The notes under the pieces: model-generated
The model's input: the letters and a program-made list of their open reading frames with translations, nothing else
The model's database searches: none
Told to the model about the DNA's origin: nothing
NCBI GenBank assembly: GCA_964645585.1
Contig: CAZYAN010000010.1
Location: 3,677 to 67,676 of the forward strand
Direction: 5' to 3'
From: an uncultured Opitutales bacterium
GTDB lineage: Bacteria > Verrucomicrobiota > Verrucomicrobiia > Opitutales > T3Sed10-336
Length of the DNA: 64,000 nt
Shown here: piece by piece, positions 29,201 through 36,191 of the stretch
Position numbering within the stretch: position 1 is the stretch's first letter
Layout of the letters: the number at the start of each line of letters is the position of its first letter
Position numbers and translations under genes: made by a program

Positions 29201-30033
29201 AGCGTGCGCGATTCATCGGTGCTGACCGTCAGCGACAATCCGGCCGCGGCTGGATGCCTGTGTGTACCGGGCGGCGGTGTGATATCGTCGAAAGAAAGAT
29301 AGTGCGGCAGCGGAGCGGTGTCCGGGTAAGGCAAGGGTTCTGTCGATACCCCGAACGCGTGATAATCGAGCTCGAGCAGGTGGGACGCATGCGCCGTCCG
29401 GTTCCTGTAACCGAAGTAGGTGCCGGTCAGCGGCGCCGTGTCGACGGCCGTTGCCGCGGTACCGACCGGGCTCCCCGAAGCGTCAAAAACGCGAAACTCC
29501 AAGCTGAGCGTGGCGCCGTCATACGTTCCCGTGAGCCGAAGTTCATACGTTTCCCCTGGTTCCGGAACGCCGGCGTTCCCATTCACCGCGGCAAACCCTC
29601 CGCCCGCGCCGCCAAGCGAAAGAATTCTGACATTGCCGGCGCCAGAGCCGCGCACGGTCCAGTCCGCCAGATAATACGTGCCGCTGAACGCGCTGTTGTT
29701 CGCAAAAGCGCCGAACCCGGCGGTGATCGCCGTTCCGCTCCCTTGCACGTCGACGACCGTCATCCAGCTCGAGATCACGAAAGAATTTCCAGAGACTCCC
29801 GTCACTTCTGTCGCTGTTCGGGCGACGACGACACCAGACCCGGACGGCTGTCTCAGTTCGAGAATTTTCCGGGAGTCATTCCACGTCCACGGACCTGCCT
29901 GCTCCGGAAACGCGCCGTCGGAAAAATCGGTTGTGAACGGAAAGGCATTTTGGGCGCGAAGAAACGCGGCGGTCGACAACTGGACCGCGAACAGCACAAG
30001 AATAAGGAGTCGAGCGGTACTTGCGTATATCAT
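26260..30033 (-). CDS. Giant secreted non-catalytic multi-lectin protein (jelly-roll, 3 Ig-like repeats, discoidin-like, CBM-like, LamG, C-terminal FFRL beta-sandwich)
   Basis: ATG 30033 gives the signal peptide MIYASTARLLILVLFAVQLSTAAFLRAQ (the ORF track uses TTG 30066). Internal Ig-like repeats share ~45% identity. An IEAEDYNF...GEWFNYT..GQYQVFLRAAA segment looks CBM6/35-like. The LamG signature is FDGIDDFVSF..FTISAWYK..LYLNGEL..VDEFQIWHVA. The C-terminus reads GPWTVV..SPYSV..RQFFRLSIE. Confidence 0.8.
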   Translation of the reverse strand: MIYASTARLLILVLFAVQLSTAAFLRAQNAFPFTTDFSDGAFPEQAGPWTWNDSRKILELRQPSGSGVVVARTATEVTGVSGNSFVISSWMTVVDVQGSGTAITAGFGAFANNSAFSGTYYLADWTVRGSGAGNVRILSLGGAGGGFAAVNGNAGVPEPGETYELRLTGTYDGATLSLEFRVFDASGSPVGTAATAVDTAPLTGTYFGYRNRTAHASHLLELDYHAFGVSTEPLPYPDTAPLPHYLSFDDITPPPGTHRHPAAAGLSLTVSTDESRTLAAEDIEVYIDGVLVPPEELTVAGASPSYQVSYGGLQSNRLYKVRVVASDNATSGEVAWTFDTFDGSLAAGTLDDVELNMSSDDALHGIIGSGNFAPVEGSLVALTDASSATAPATNVIPGPDNEIVEIVWDLGDPNNAQHRSLDRIDIWITGADPWRTGYDGEFAVSTDGIHFTVIEGSRFATPLTYTGAPVPGIPATDTGTGTGNYNLVRLVFPAGAVSDFRYLKFISRGFDNLGEFTEEGAMLLRQPRFVEVDAFVTESGPVIANLTPLHDAFFYPAEDGLRFQVSTEEPNTLSTEDIELYLNGELISHQSLTITGSSPAYEVFFDGLEPNEFYAVTVIARDNERQTTHHWSFDTLNEDAVVVIEAEDYNFAAGMLCDGDSGAVSGTPGGGSYIDRPTPSTFTNGSYFNQATGYVDRVGEPGVDFFSKSETKATLETNMYRWCDVVGTFFSGDLPPRPKYDEASLNAGVTIPDYDLHLVETGEWFNYTRNFPEGQYQVFLRAAATGAPVILLERVTSDPTQPNQQTEVLGEFRPEGNGVYQFTRLTGPDGLDQEVRVALSGEETVRLRAVSANNFNNDIQINFFMFIPVDETLPTVVSTTPVHHSGNVDRNVTIEAEVVNGTVALDVLSLRLFVNEDEVSAITAATGNGATIYFTPGNLPAGINRARVEYFDSEGSGPYSVAWSFSVLPGNLQRFFALEFDGIDDFVSFSHAGGTFGDFTISAWYKILDQEEQQVLFRMTNQESLTRTIEMRELDGIITAGIRVVSGGDLHTVSTSDFEYGEWVHIALVRDADQLLLYLNGELKSSLTVPTTEIVVMRRSFIGADPYPWAQLGAQFFRGAVDEFQIWHVAKTQQEISESMFEPLHDLLNPADGLHLRFGFNEGGGAVATDFSSGNGFLGELWGGTWIDSEIFESAVLPVLAISRDGAGVILNWEGAEAILESAPEVTGPWTVVDGAASPYSVDTTEVSRQFFRLSIE

Positions 30034-30093
30034 GGTTTTTGGAGGGTTCTGATTGGAGAGAAACAACCCGCGGACGCGAAACGAAGAAGGGCG

Positions 30094-30783
30094 CTATCTT
30101 CGCCCGCCCTGCGAGGGCATCGGAAAGGGGTTTTTGAAATACCAGGTGTTGCTGCCGACGCTGTAACCGCCCGGATCAAACTCCGCGGCCGGCACCCACT
30201 CGACACTGCCGTCGGAGCGGAGGTGGTTAGCGCCGGCAACGGACCCGGAGCCGTCGCCATGACTGGCGTTCAGCCCGCGCGAGGGATGATCGCTGACGAG
30301 GTCGACCATCAACAGATCGTATTCGAGCGGATCATTCAACGCGCTGAACGGCAGAGAACTCGTGGTCTGCCCCGGCCAGTACGCATAGCCGAATACGATG
30401 GAACCGCCTTCGGAAGTGCGGTTTGCCTCCGTCATGTGCGTCACCATCCAGTCGTTGTTGGCCGGACAGAAAAACATGGCCCAATCGACGTCGTAGCCGA
30501 GCAGATCGTCGCGCTGGATGGCAGAGAGCCAATGAGGGTATGGCGGATTGCTGCCCATGCTGTCCATGTAGCGGCCGCCGTTGTCGTCCCGATAAAGATT
30601 GTGCGCATAGCCCCACTGACGCAGGTGTGTCGCGCACGATGCTCGTTTTGCCTGCTCGCGCACGCGACTGACAACGGGAATGAGGATTGCGGCGAGGATG
30701 CCGATGATGGCGATGACGGTAAGCAGTTCAATCAGGGTGAACGCGCGGCGGCAGACGTGCAGGGTAGCAGATTTCTCATTCAT
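30094..30783 (-). CDS. Prepilin-type N-terminal cleavage/methylation domain protein (pseudopilin, DUF1559-like)
   Basis: 229 aa. [38 protein letters not shown]; the first 25 mature residues are identical to the paralog at 6820. The C-terminal GANHLRSDGSVEW is a degenerate version of the H-X9-DG region. Confidence 0.85.
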   Translation of the reverse strand: MNEKSATLHVCRRAFTLIELLTVIAIIGILAAILIPVVSRVREQAKRASCATHLRQWGYAHNLYRDDNGGRYMDSMGSNPPYPHWLSAIQRDDLLGYDVDWAMFFCPANNDWMVTHMTEANRTSEGGSIVFGYAYWPGQTTSSLPFSALNDPLEYDLLMVDLVSDHPSRGLNASHGDGSGSVAGANHLRSDGSVEWVPAAEFDPGGYSVGSNTWYFKNPFPMPSQGGRR

Positions 30784-30800
30784 GACGGGGCGGGTAATAT

Positions 30801-30812
30801 TAAAAATTTCAG
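30801..30812 (-). promoter_or_regulatory. Third copy of the CTGAAATTTTTA core, upstream of the pseudopilin operon
   Basis: The minus strand reads CTGAAATTTTTAATATTACCCGCCCCGTC-ATG. The 12-mer is identical to the core at 32714-32725. It is AT-rich within a GC-rich context. Confidence 0.4.
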
Positions 30813-30861
30813 TTTAATCGAAACATGGGTCCAGAGTGGTTTCCGCTGGTTTGATCGGCGG

Positions 30862-31806
30862 TCAGATCTCGACAGCGCGCTTCACCAACCTGCTCCCGCC
30901 CCACCGGAAGGCGAAGAGGTCGAGCCCCTCCCGCAGGAACTGAACCTCCCGCAGGCCGGCTGGGTCGAGCGATCGCGTCGGATGACGGACGCGGGCGCTT
31001 GCGATGATGCCCGCGTCGTGAAGGTTGTTTTTCATGACCGAGACGCCAAGCCCCGGTTGAAGTTCGTAGCGGATTAAAGGCAGCGCACGGGTAAATTCCC
31101 GATAAGCTTCTTTCCTTTCGCCAGCTTGGTGATGGTTCCAGATTTTAAGGAAGATGTCGACCAGGTCGCTGCCCGGCATCGTTCCCACCGCACCGCGATC
31201 GAGTTCCTCCGGAAAGAACTGACCGTTCAACCCGCCGAAAAGGATCAGCGAATCGCCGGCGGCGGCCCGGACGGAGGTGACCTTCATGGCTGTCGGGGGC
31301 GCTTCGACCTTGGCCAGAACGACGTTCTCCAGTTCCTGCGCCATCCGCGCCAAGAGCGCCGGCGGCATGCTGATCTGAGTCATCAGCGGCGCGTCCTGAA
31401 TCATAATCGGAATCCGGACCGCCTCCGAGATCGCCCGGTAATACGCAAAGATGCCTTCGGCGTCCGGCTTCATATAGTGCGGTGGCAAAACCATCAGCGC
31501 ATCTGCGCCCGCCGCCTCCGCCTCCACGCTCAAAGCAACAGCAATGTCCGTTCCCGTATGGCCGGTGCTGACGATGACCGGAACGCGGCCCTCCACCTCC
31601 TCAAGGATGACTCGTGTCAGCTCCGCGCGCTCCTGGGCCGACAGCGCATAGCCCTCGCTCGCGTTTCCGAAAAGCCCGAGCCCGTGCACACCCGCATCGA
31701 GTAAAAAGCGCACAAGCCTCCGCTGGCTGTCAAAATCAACCGCACCGTCGTCCCGGAACGGCGTATTGACAATGGGAAAAACCCCGCGGAAACGAGTCTC
31801 GATCAT
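30862..31806 (-). CDS. Dihydrodipicolinate synthase-family (class I) aldolase/dehydratase, probably acting on a 2-keto-3-deoxy sugar acid
   Basis: 314 aa. DHDPS-family N-terminus (FPIVNTPF..DG.VD...LVRFLLDAGVHGLGLFGNASEGYALS..ER) and a candidate Schiff-base Lys in VVLAKVEAP. ATGA overlap with the upstream GntR gene. Confidence 0.8.
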   Translation of the reverse strand: MIETRFRGVFPIVNTPFRDDGAVDFDSQRRLVRFLLDAGVHGLGLFGNASEGYALSAQERAELTRVILEEVEGRVPVIVSTGHTGTDIAVALSVEAEAAGADALMVLPPHYMKPDAEGIFAYYRAISEAVRIPIMIQDAPLMTQISMPPALLARMAQELENVVLAKVEAPPTAMKVTSVRAAAGDSLILFGGLNGQFFPEELDRGAVGTMPGSDLVDIFLKIWNHHQAGERKEAYREFTRALPLIRYELQPGLGVSVMKNNLHDAGIIASARVRHPTRSLDPAGLREVQFLREGLDLFAFRWGGSRLVKRAVEI

Positions 31807-32540
31807 ATCCCTGCCTTTACCTCCATGGCGGCCGCCTCCGCGCTCGCCGGATCATGCGTGCTGGTGCCCGTCCGCTCCAGGTCGCGAATCAGCGAGTCGG
31901 CCGCTCGTTCGATATGCGTCCGCAGGAGCCGCACAAGGCGGGCCGCATCCCGTCGCTTCAGGGCCTTAAAAATTTCGTTATGCTCGGCGCGCTCCTGCTC
32001 GATCCGCTGTTCCCAGCCTTCACGGCTGTAATGAACCCGGGCGATTTGAATATGAGCATTCAGGCTGTTGTACATGTCCATCAGCCTGCGATTCCCGGCG
32101 ATCCGGACGATTTGCTTGTGAAACTCATGGTTGCGCTCCTCGTGCAGTTTGCGTTCCCGGTCGGTCCTGACCGTCGTGTTCAAAGCCTGGACCAGTTTTT
32201 CCAGATCCGCGAGTTCTCCCTCCTCAATGCGCTCGACACACAATTCGGCGGCCAGACATTCGAGAGCCACGCGCAATTCAAAGGTTTCCGCCAAGTCCCG
32301 GGACGATATTTCGGTCACATACGTCCCGCTTCGCGGATTGATCGCCACAAGCCCTTCGATCGCCAGGCGGTTGATCGCATCCTTGACCGGAGTCAGACTG
32401 ACACCGAGCGTCGCCGCCAGCTCCTTCACATGGAGCCGCTCTCCCGGCTGAAACTGTTGGGACAATATACACTCGCGCAAGGTCTGGTAAACGGAGTCAC
32501 TCGCGCGCTCGCGCTTTAACGCTGTGAGAAGGGGTTTCAT
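31803..32540 (-). CDS. GntR-family transcriptional regulator (FadR/FCD subfamily)
   Basis: 245 aa. Winged-HTH VYQTLRECILSQQFQPGERLHVKELAATLGVSLTPVKDAINRLAIEGLV, followed by an all-helical FCD-like C-domain. Confidence 0.9.
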   Translation of the reverse strand: MKPLLTALKRERASDSVYQTLRECILSQQFQPGERLHVKELAATLGVSLTPVKDAINRLAIEGLVAINPRSGTYVTEISSRDLAETFELRVALECLAAELCVERIEEGELADLEKLVQALNTTVRTDRERKLHEERNHEFHKQIVRIAGNRRLMDMYNSLNAHIQIARVHYSREGWEQRIEQERAEHNEIFKALKRRDAARLVRLLRTHIERAADSLIRDLERTGTSTHDPASAEAAAMEVKAGI

Positions 32541-32576
32541 GAAGCGAAATCCACCGAAAGCTTTCTTCTATCTGGA

Positions 32577-32609
32577 ATCTGAAATTTTTTGCTTTAGATG
32601 TTAGATTTC
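32577..32609 (+). promoter_or_regulatory. AT-rich 33-bp element, copy 1 (candidate operator/promoter in the divergent GntR-SDR region)
   Basis: ATCTGAAATTTTTTGCTTTAGATGTTAGATTTC, 30/33 identical to copy 2. Lies 37 nt from the GntR start codon. Confidence 0.45.
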
Positions 32610-32711
32610 AAATTACCCACTCCTTCCCCACCCTGACAAGCGCTTTTTTTACTTTTCCCCAGCGACGTGAAATTGACGAGACTCCGATCTTTTTTTCGGC
32701 CACCAACTGAC

Positions 32712-32744
32712 ATCTGAAATTTTTAGCTTTACATTTTAGATTTC
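32712..32744 (+). promoter_or_regulatory. AT-rich 33-bp element, copy 2
   Basis: ATCTGAAATTTTTAGCTTTACATTTTAGATTTC. Contains the imperfect inverted repeat ATCTGAAAT-N12-ATTTTAGAT (8/9). Lies 70 nt upstream of the SDR start. Confidence 0.45.
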
Positions 32745-32813
32745 TGACTGAAGCCTCGACGACTTGATAATAAGGCTCTTTCTTCAGAAAGTCGTGCTCG
32801 CTTCCCTCATCCC

Positions 32814-33578
32814 ATGAACCGTTTACAGGGCAAGGCAGCCGTCATCACCGGCGCGGCCGGCGGCATCGGCGCGGCCGCTGTCCGGCTCTTCGCCAGCGAG
32901 GGAGCAAACGTGCTCGCAACCGACATTGACGAAACCGCTCTGCGCGAAATCGCGGCGGCAAGCCCCGATTCGCGCGTCGAAACTGTCGCCGCGGATGTTT
33001 CCGTTGAATCCGATGTTGCCCGCGCCGTCGAAGCGGCTGTCTCGCGACTCGGCGGAATCGATATTCTGCTTCATGCCGCCGGGATTGCTTCGTTCACGCG
33101 CACCGAGGAGTGCAGCCTCGAAGAATGGGACCGCGTCCACGCCGTCAATACACGCGGCGCTTTCCTCTTCGCCCGCGCCGTCATTCCGCACATGCGATCC
33201 CGCGGCGGCGGATCCATCGTTTTCGTCTCCTCGATCAACGGAGTGATCGGCGCTCCCGGCCTCGCCGCCTACAGCGCCTCGAAGGGCGCCGTTCTTGCCC
33301 TCGCGCGAACATTGGCGATCGAGCTGGCGCCGGACCTCATCCGTGTCAACAGCCTCTGTCCGGCTTCCGTGGATACATCCATGCTCCAGCTCGCCTTCAA
33401 ACGCGCCCCCGATCCGGCCGCGGCACGGGAGGCGAACATCAAGCGCCACCCGCTCGGGCGTCTCGCCACCCCGGACGAAATCGCCGCGTTCGCCCTGTTT
33501 CTCGCGTCTGACGAAGCCGGCTTCGTCACCGGGGGCACCCACTTTATCGATGGCGGCGCCCACCTCGCCCGCCGGTAG
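32814..33578 (+). CDS. Short-chain dehydrogenase/reductase (SDR)
   Basis: 254 aa. TGAAGGIGAA cofactor motif and catalytic YSASKGAV (Y-x-x-x-K). Confidence 0.9.
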   Translation: MNRLQGKAAVITGAAGGIGAAAVRLFASEGANVLATDIDETALREIAAASPDSRVETVAADVSVESDVARAVEAAVSRLGGIDILLHAAGIASFTRTEECSLEEWDRVHAVNTRGAFLFARAVIPHMRSRGGGSIVFVSSINGVIGAPGLAAYSASKGAVLALARTLAIELAPDLIRVNSLCPASVDTSMLQLAFKRAPDPAAAREANIKRHPLGRLATPDEIAAFALFLASDEAGFVTGGTHFIDGGAHLARR

Positions 33579-33610
33579 TCGCAACTTTCCCGCACAATCG
33601 CCTGATAACG

Positions 33611-34669
33611 ATGTCAATTCCTGCCCCGCCCAATATCCAAACACGCGAGCTGATCGAACGAGTCGCGGCTGTGACCATGCGCTGGCCGTTCCGGATGTGG
33701 GCGTTTGGCGAAGCCGTTGCGCTCCGCGGCCTGCTCGCGGCGTCCGCGGCAACAGGAAATCCGGAATGGCGCGGTTTTGTCTATGCGCTCCTTCGCACTT
33801 ACGCGGGACGCGGCGCCGGCAAATCACCCGACGAACATGTCGCGCCGGGCGCGGAATTGCTCATCGCCTACCAGAATACGGGCGAGGAGATTTTTCTCCA
33901 GGCAGCGCGTTCCCTCGCGGAACTCCATGCCTCATTCCCCCAAAACCGGCATGGCGCGCGCATGCACCGCCCGGATCTTGCCGGCTGGCGCCGTCAAATC
34001 TGGGTTGACTGCATCGATGCCGAGGCCCCGTTCCTCGCACGCCTCGGAGCCGTTACGGGAGAAAACCGTTATTTTCATCAGGCGGCCGATGAGCTGCTCG
34101 CCTATGCACGACTCCTCCAGGACCGCGACACCGGCCTTTTTTATCATGGACACGAAGAGGCGTGCGGAATCAACGGCCAGCTTTGGGCTCGCGGAAACGG
34201 ATGGGCGCTGATGGGGCTGACCGAAACGCTCGCCTTCCTTCCGCATGATTTCCCCGCTCGCCCCGAGCTGACGGCGATCCTTCAGCGTCTATGTATTGGT
34301 TTATTAAATACGCAAGATCCGAACGGACTGTGGCACACCCTTCTTCTCGATCCGGACAGCCCGCTCGAGTCGACGCTCGCCGCCATGGTCGCGTTCGCCC
34401 TCCGTTTTGCATCCGATCAAAAGCTTTTTGATACGGCTGACTTCAAGAAAATGACCGAAAGCGCGCGGGCCGCGGTGCTGTCACAGATCGACGAATCGGG
34501 GACGCTTCAACTCGTCACGGACGCCACGCCAGTCGCGTCGATCGCCATGTACCGCACCCGTCCCTTCGGCGTCTTTCCGTGGGGACAGGGTCCTTTGCTG
34601 CTCCTCCTCTGCCGCGAAATGGAGGCCGAACGGTCGCCATCGCTTTCCAACCCTCGAACAACAGCATGA
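33611..34669 (+). CDS. GH105-like unsaturated uronyl hydrolase (unsaturated rhamnogalacturonyl/glucuronyl hydrolase family)
   Basis: 352 aa. The LWARGNGWALMGL motif is typical of YteR/GH105. (alpha/alpha)6-like helical repeats. Confidence 0.7.
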   Translation: MSIPAPPNIQTRELIERVAAVTMRWPFRMWAFGEAVALRGLLAASAATGNPEWRGFVYALLRTYAGRGAGKSPDEHVAPGAELLIAYQNTGEEIFLQAARSLAELHASFPQNRHGARMHRPDLAGWRRQIWVDCIDAEAPFLARLGAVTGENRYFHQAADELLAYARLLQDRDTGLFYHGHEEACGINGQLWARGNGWALMGLTETLAFLPHDFPARPELTAILQRLCIGLLNTQDPNGLWHTLLLDPDSPLESTLAAMVAFALRFASDQKLFDTADFKKMTESARAAVLSQIDESGTLQLVTDATPVASIAMYRTRPFGVFPWGQGPLLLLLCREMEAERSPSLSNPRTTA

Positions 34670-35880
34670 AAATCACCGAAGTAGCCACCTTCGCCGTCCA
34701 GGCGGAACGTCTCGATACGCGCCCCTACTGGGGCAGCCGCGCCTGGGCGAACCGCGACGATTCCCGCGAACGCCGCGTGGAGCTGTCAAGCGAGTACCCG
34801 CCTGTCCAGCGGCGGCGCCCGGTCTATTCCAGCACCATCGACACCGTGCTCGTCCGGATTGACACCGATGAAGGAATCACGGGATGGGGAGAAGCGAAGG
34901 CGCCGGTAGCCCCCCAGGCAACCAAACAGATCATCGATCTGCTGCTGCGCGATCTCCTGATCGGGAAAGATCCGCGCGACGTTCTGGTGCTATGGGAAAC
35001 CATGTTTGCCGGGATGCGCGTCCGCGGCCATCGCGCCGGATTTTACCTGGAGGCAATTGCCGGCGTCGACATCGCTCTGTGGGATATCCGGGGACAAGCG
35101 GCCGCGATGCCGATCTGTCAGCTCCTCGGCGGCAGTTTCCGACCGGCGGTCCAAGTCTACGCCTCCGGCATTCCCGCGCTCGACGTCAACGCGTCCGCGG
35201 AACAGCTCCACGCGCTGGCCGAAGAAGCCCGCGCGCTGCGTGAACGCGGTTTCAAAGGCGTAAAAATGGCGCTCGGCCAAGGAATCGAAGGTGATATTCG
35301 TTCCGTGCGGGCGGTTCGCGAAGGCGTCGGCGACGACTTCATTATTCATGCGGACGCGGCGGGGGTCTACGATCGCGCGCAGGCCTTGCGGCTCGGCCGG
35401 GCGCTGGAAGAGTTGAAAGTCGGTTTTTTCGAACTGCCCATCCCCGCCGAAGACATGGAAGGATACCGCTTGCTCGCCCAGGCCCTCGACCTGCCGATCG
35501 CCAGCGATACGCTGATGAACCGTTACGAAGCGGCCGAATACCTGCGGGCCGGCGGGCTCGGAATCGTGCAACCGGATGTTTGCCGCGCTGGCGGCATCAC
35601 CGAATGCCGGCGCATCGCCGAAGTCGCCGATATTCTCGGGGCTGCCTATTCGCCCCACCTCAGCATCGGTTCCGCGGTTCAATTCGCCGCCAGCGCGCAC
35701 CTCGCCTGCGCAATGCCCAACACCCTTACCTGCGAGTATTGGATCGGCGACAATCCGCTCGGCGATGTGCTGTTGGAAAAACCGCTTCGTCTCGAGGACG
35801 GATATTTATACGCGCCGGACGAACCCGGATTGGGCATCACCTTCAAGAAAGAGGCTCTTGCCAGCATCGGCGTCCACTAG
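34666..35880 (+). CDS. Enolase-superfamily enzyme (mandelate racemase / sugar-acid dehydratase subgroup)
   Basis: ATG 34666 overlaps the GH105 stop (ATGA). MKITEV.. capping domain. The barrel carries IIHADAAG, FFELPIP and IVQPDVCRAGGITE, which look like metal-ligand and active-site segments. Confidence 0.85.
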   Translation: MKITEVATFAVQAERLDTRPYWGSRAWANRDDSRERRVELSSEYPPVQRRRPVYSSTIDTVLVRIDTDEGITGWGEAKAPVAPQATKQIIDLLLRDLLIGKDPRDVLVLWETMFAGMRVRGHRAGFYLEAIAGVDIALWDIRGQAAAMPICQLLGGSFRPAVQVYASGIPALDVNASAEQLHALAEEARALRERGFKGVKMALGQGIEGDIRSVRAVREGVGDDFIIHADAAGVYDRAQALRLGRALEELKVGFFELPIPAEDMEGYRLLAQALDLPIASDTLMNRYEAAEYLRAGGLGIVQPDVCRAGGITECRRIAEVADILGAAYSPHLSIGSAVQFAASAHLACAMPNTLTCEYWIGDNPLGDVLLEKPLRLEDGYLYAPDEPGLGITFKKEALASIGVH

Positions 35881-36191
35881 GTGCCTCCGTCGCGAGCATG
35901 CCTGTCACATCCAAGCTCATTGCAAAACCCGTCATCGGCGAGGTGCCGGTGCCACATTCAACCCGAACAGTCCGTGGAGATTCCTGAGAGCCCCGGCACC
36001 GCGCCTCCTTTCAAAACAACGCCCGGTCAGGCGGATCCTGTCTCTGCCGACCTCAGCGCGACAAAGCCACATGTCTGGCTCATGCGCGGCGAGAGGCCGA
36101 TTGACTCGGCACGCGCAAATGTTGGCGTCGCCGACGCGGCGCGCGGCATCGTCCATAATTTCAAGGAGCTGATTGCGAACCAGCGTTCATT

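Noticed and set aside
27382-31077. A 1231-codon ORF on the plus strand spanning three minus-strand genes and their intergenic gaps
   Set aside because: It lies in the codon-aligned antisense frame of three genes that happen to share one reading frame (starts 30066/30033, 30783 and 31806 are all congruent mod 3). Stops in that frame would require sense codons TTA, CTA or TCA, which are rare in this high-GC genome. The translation is Arg-rich low complexity with no motifs. The sense-strand proteins have clear domain signatures.
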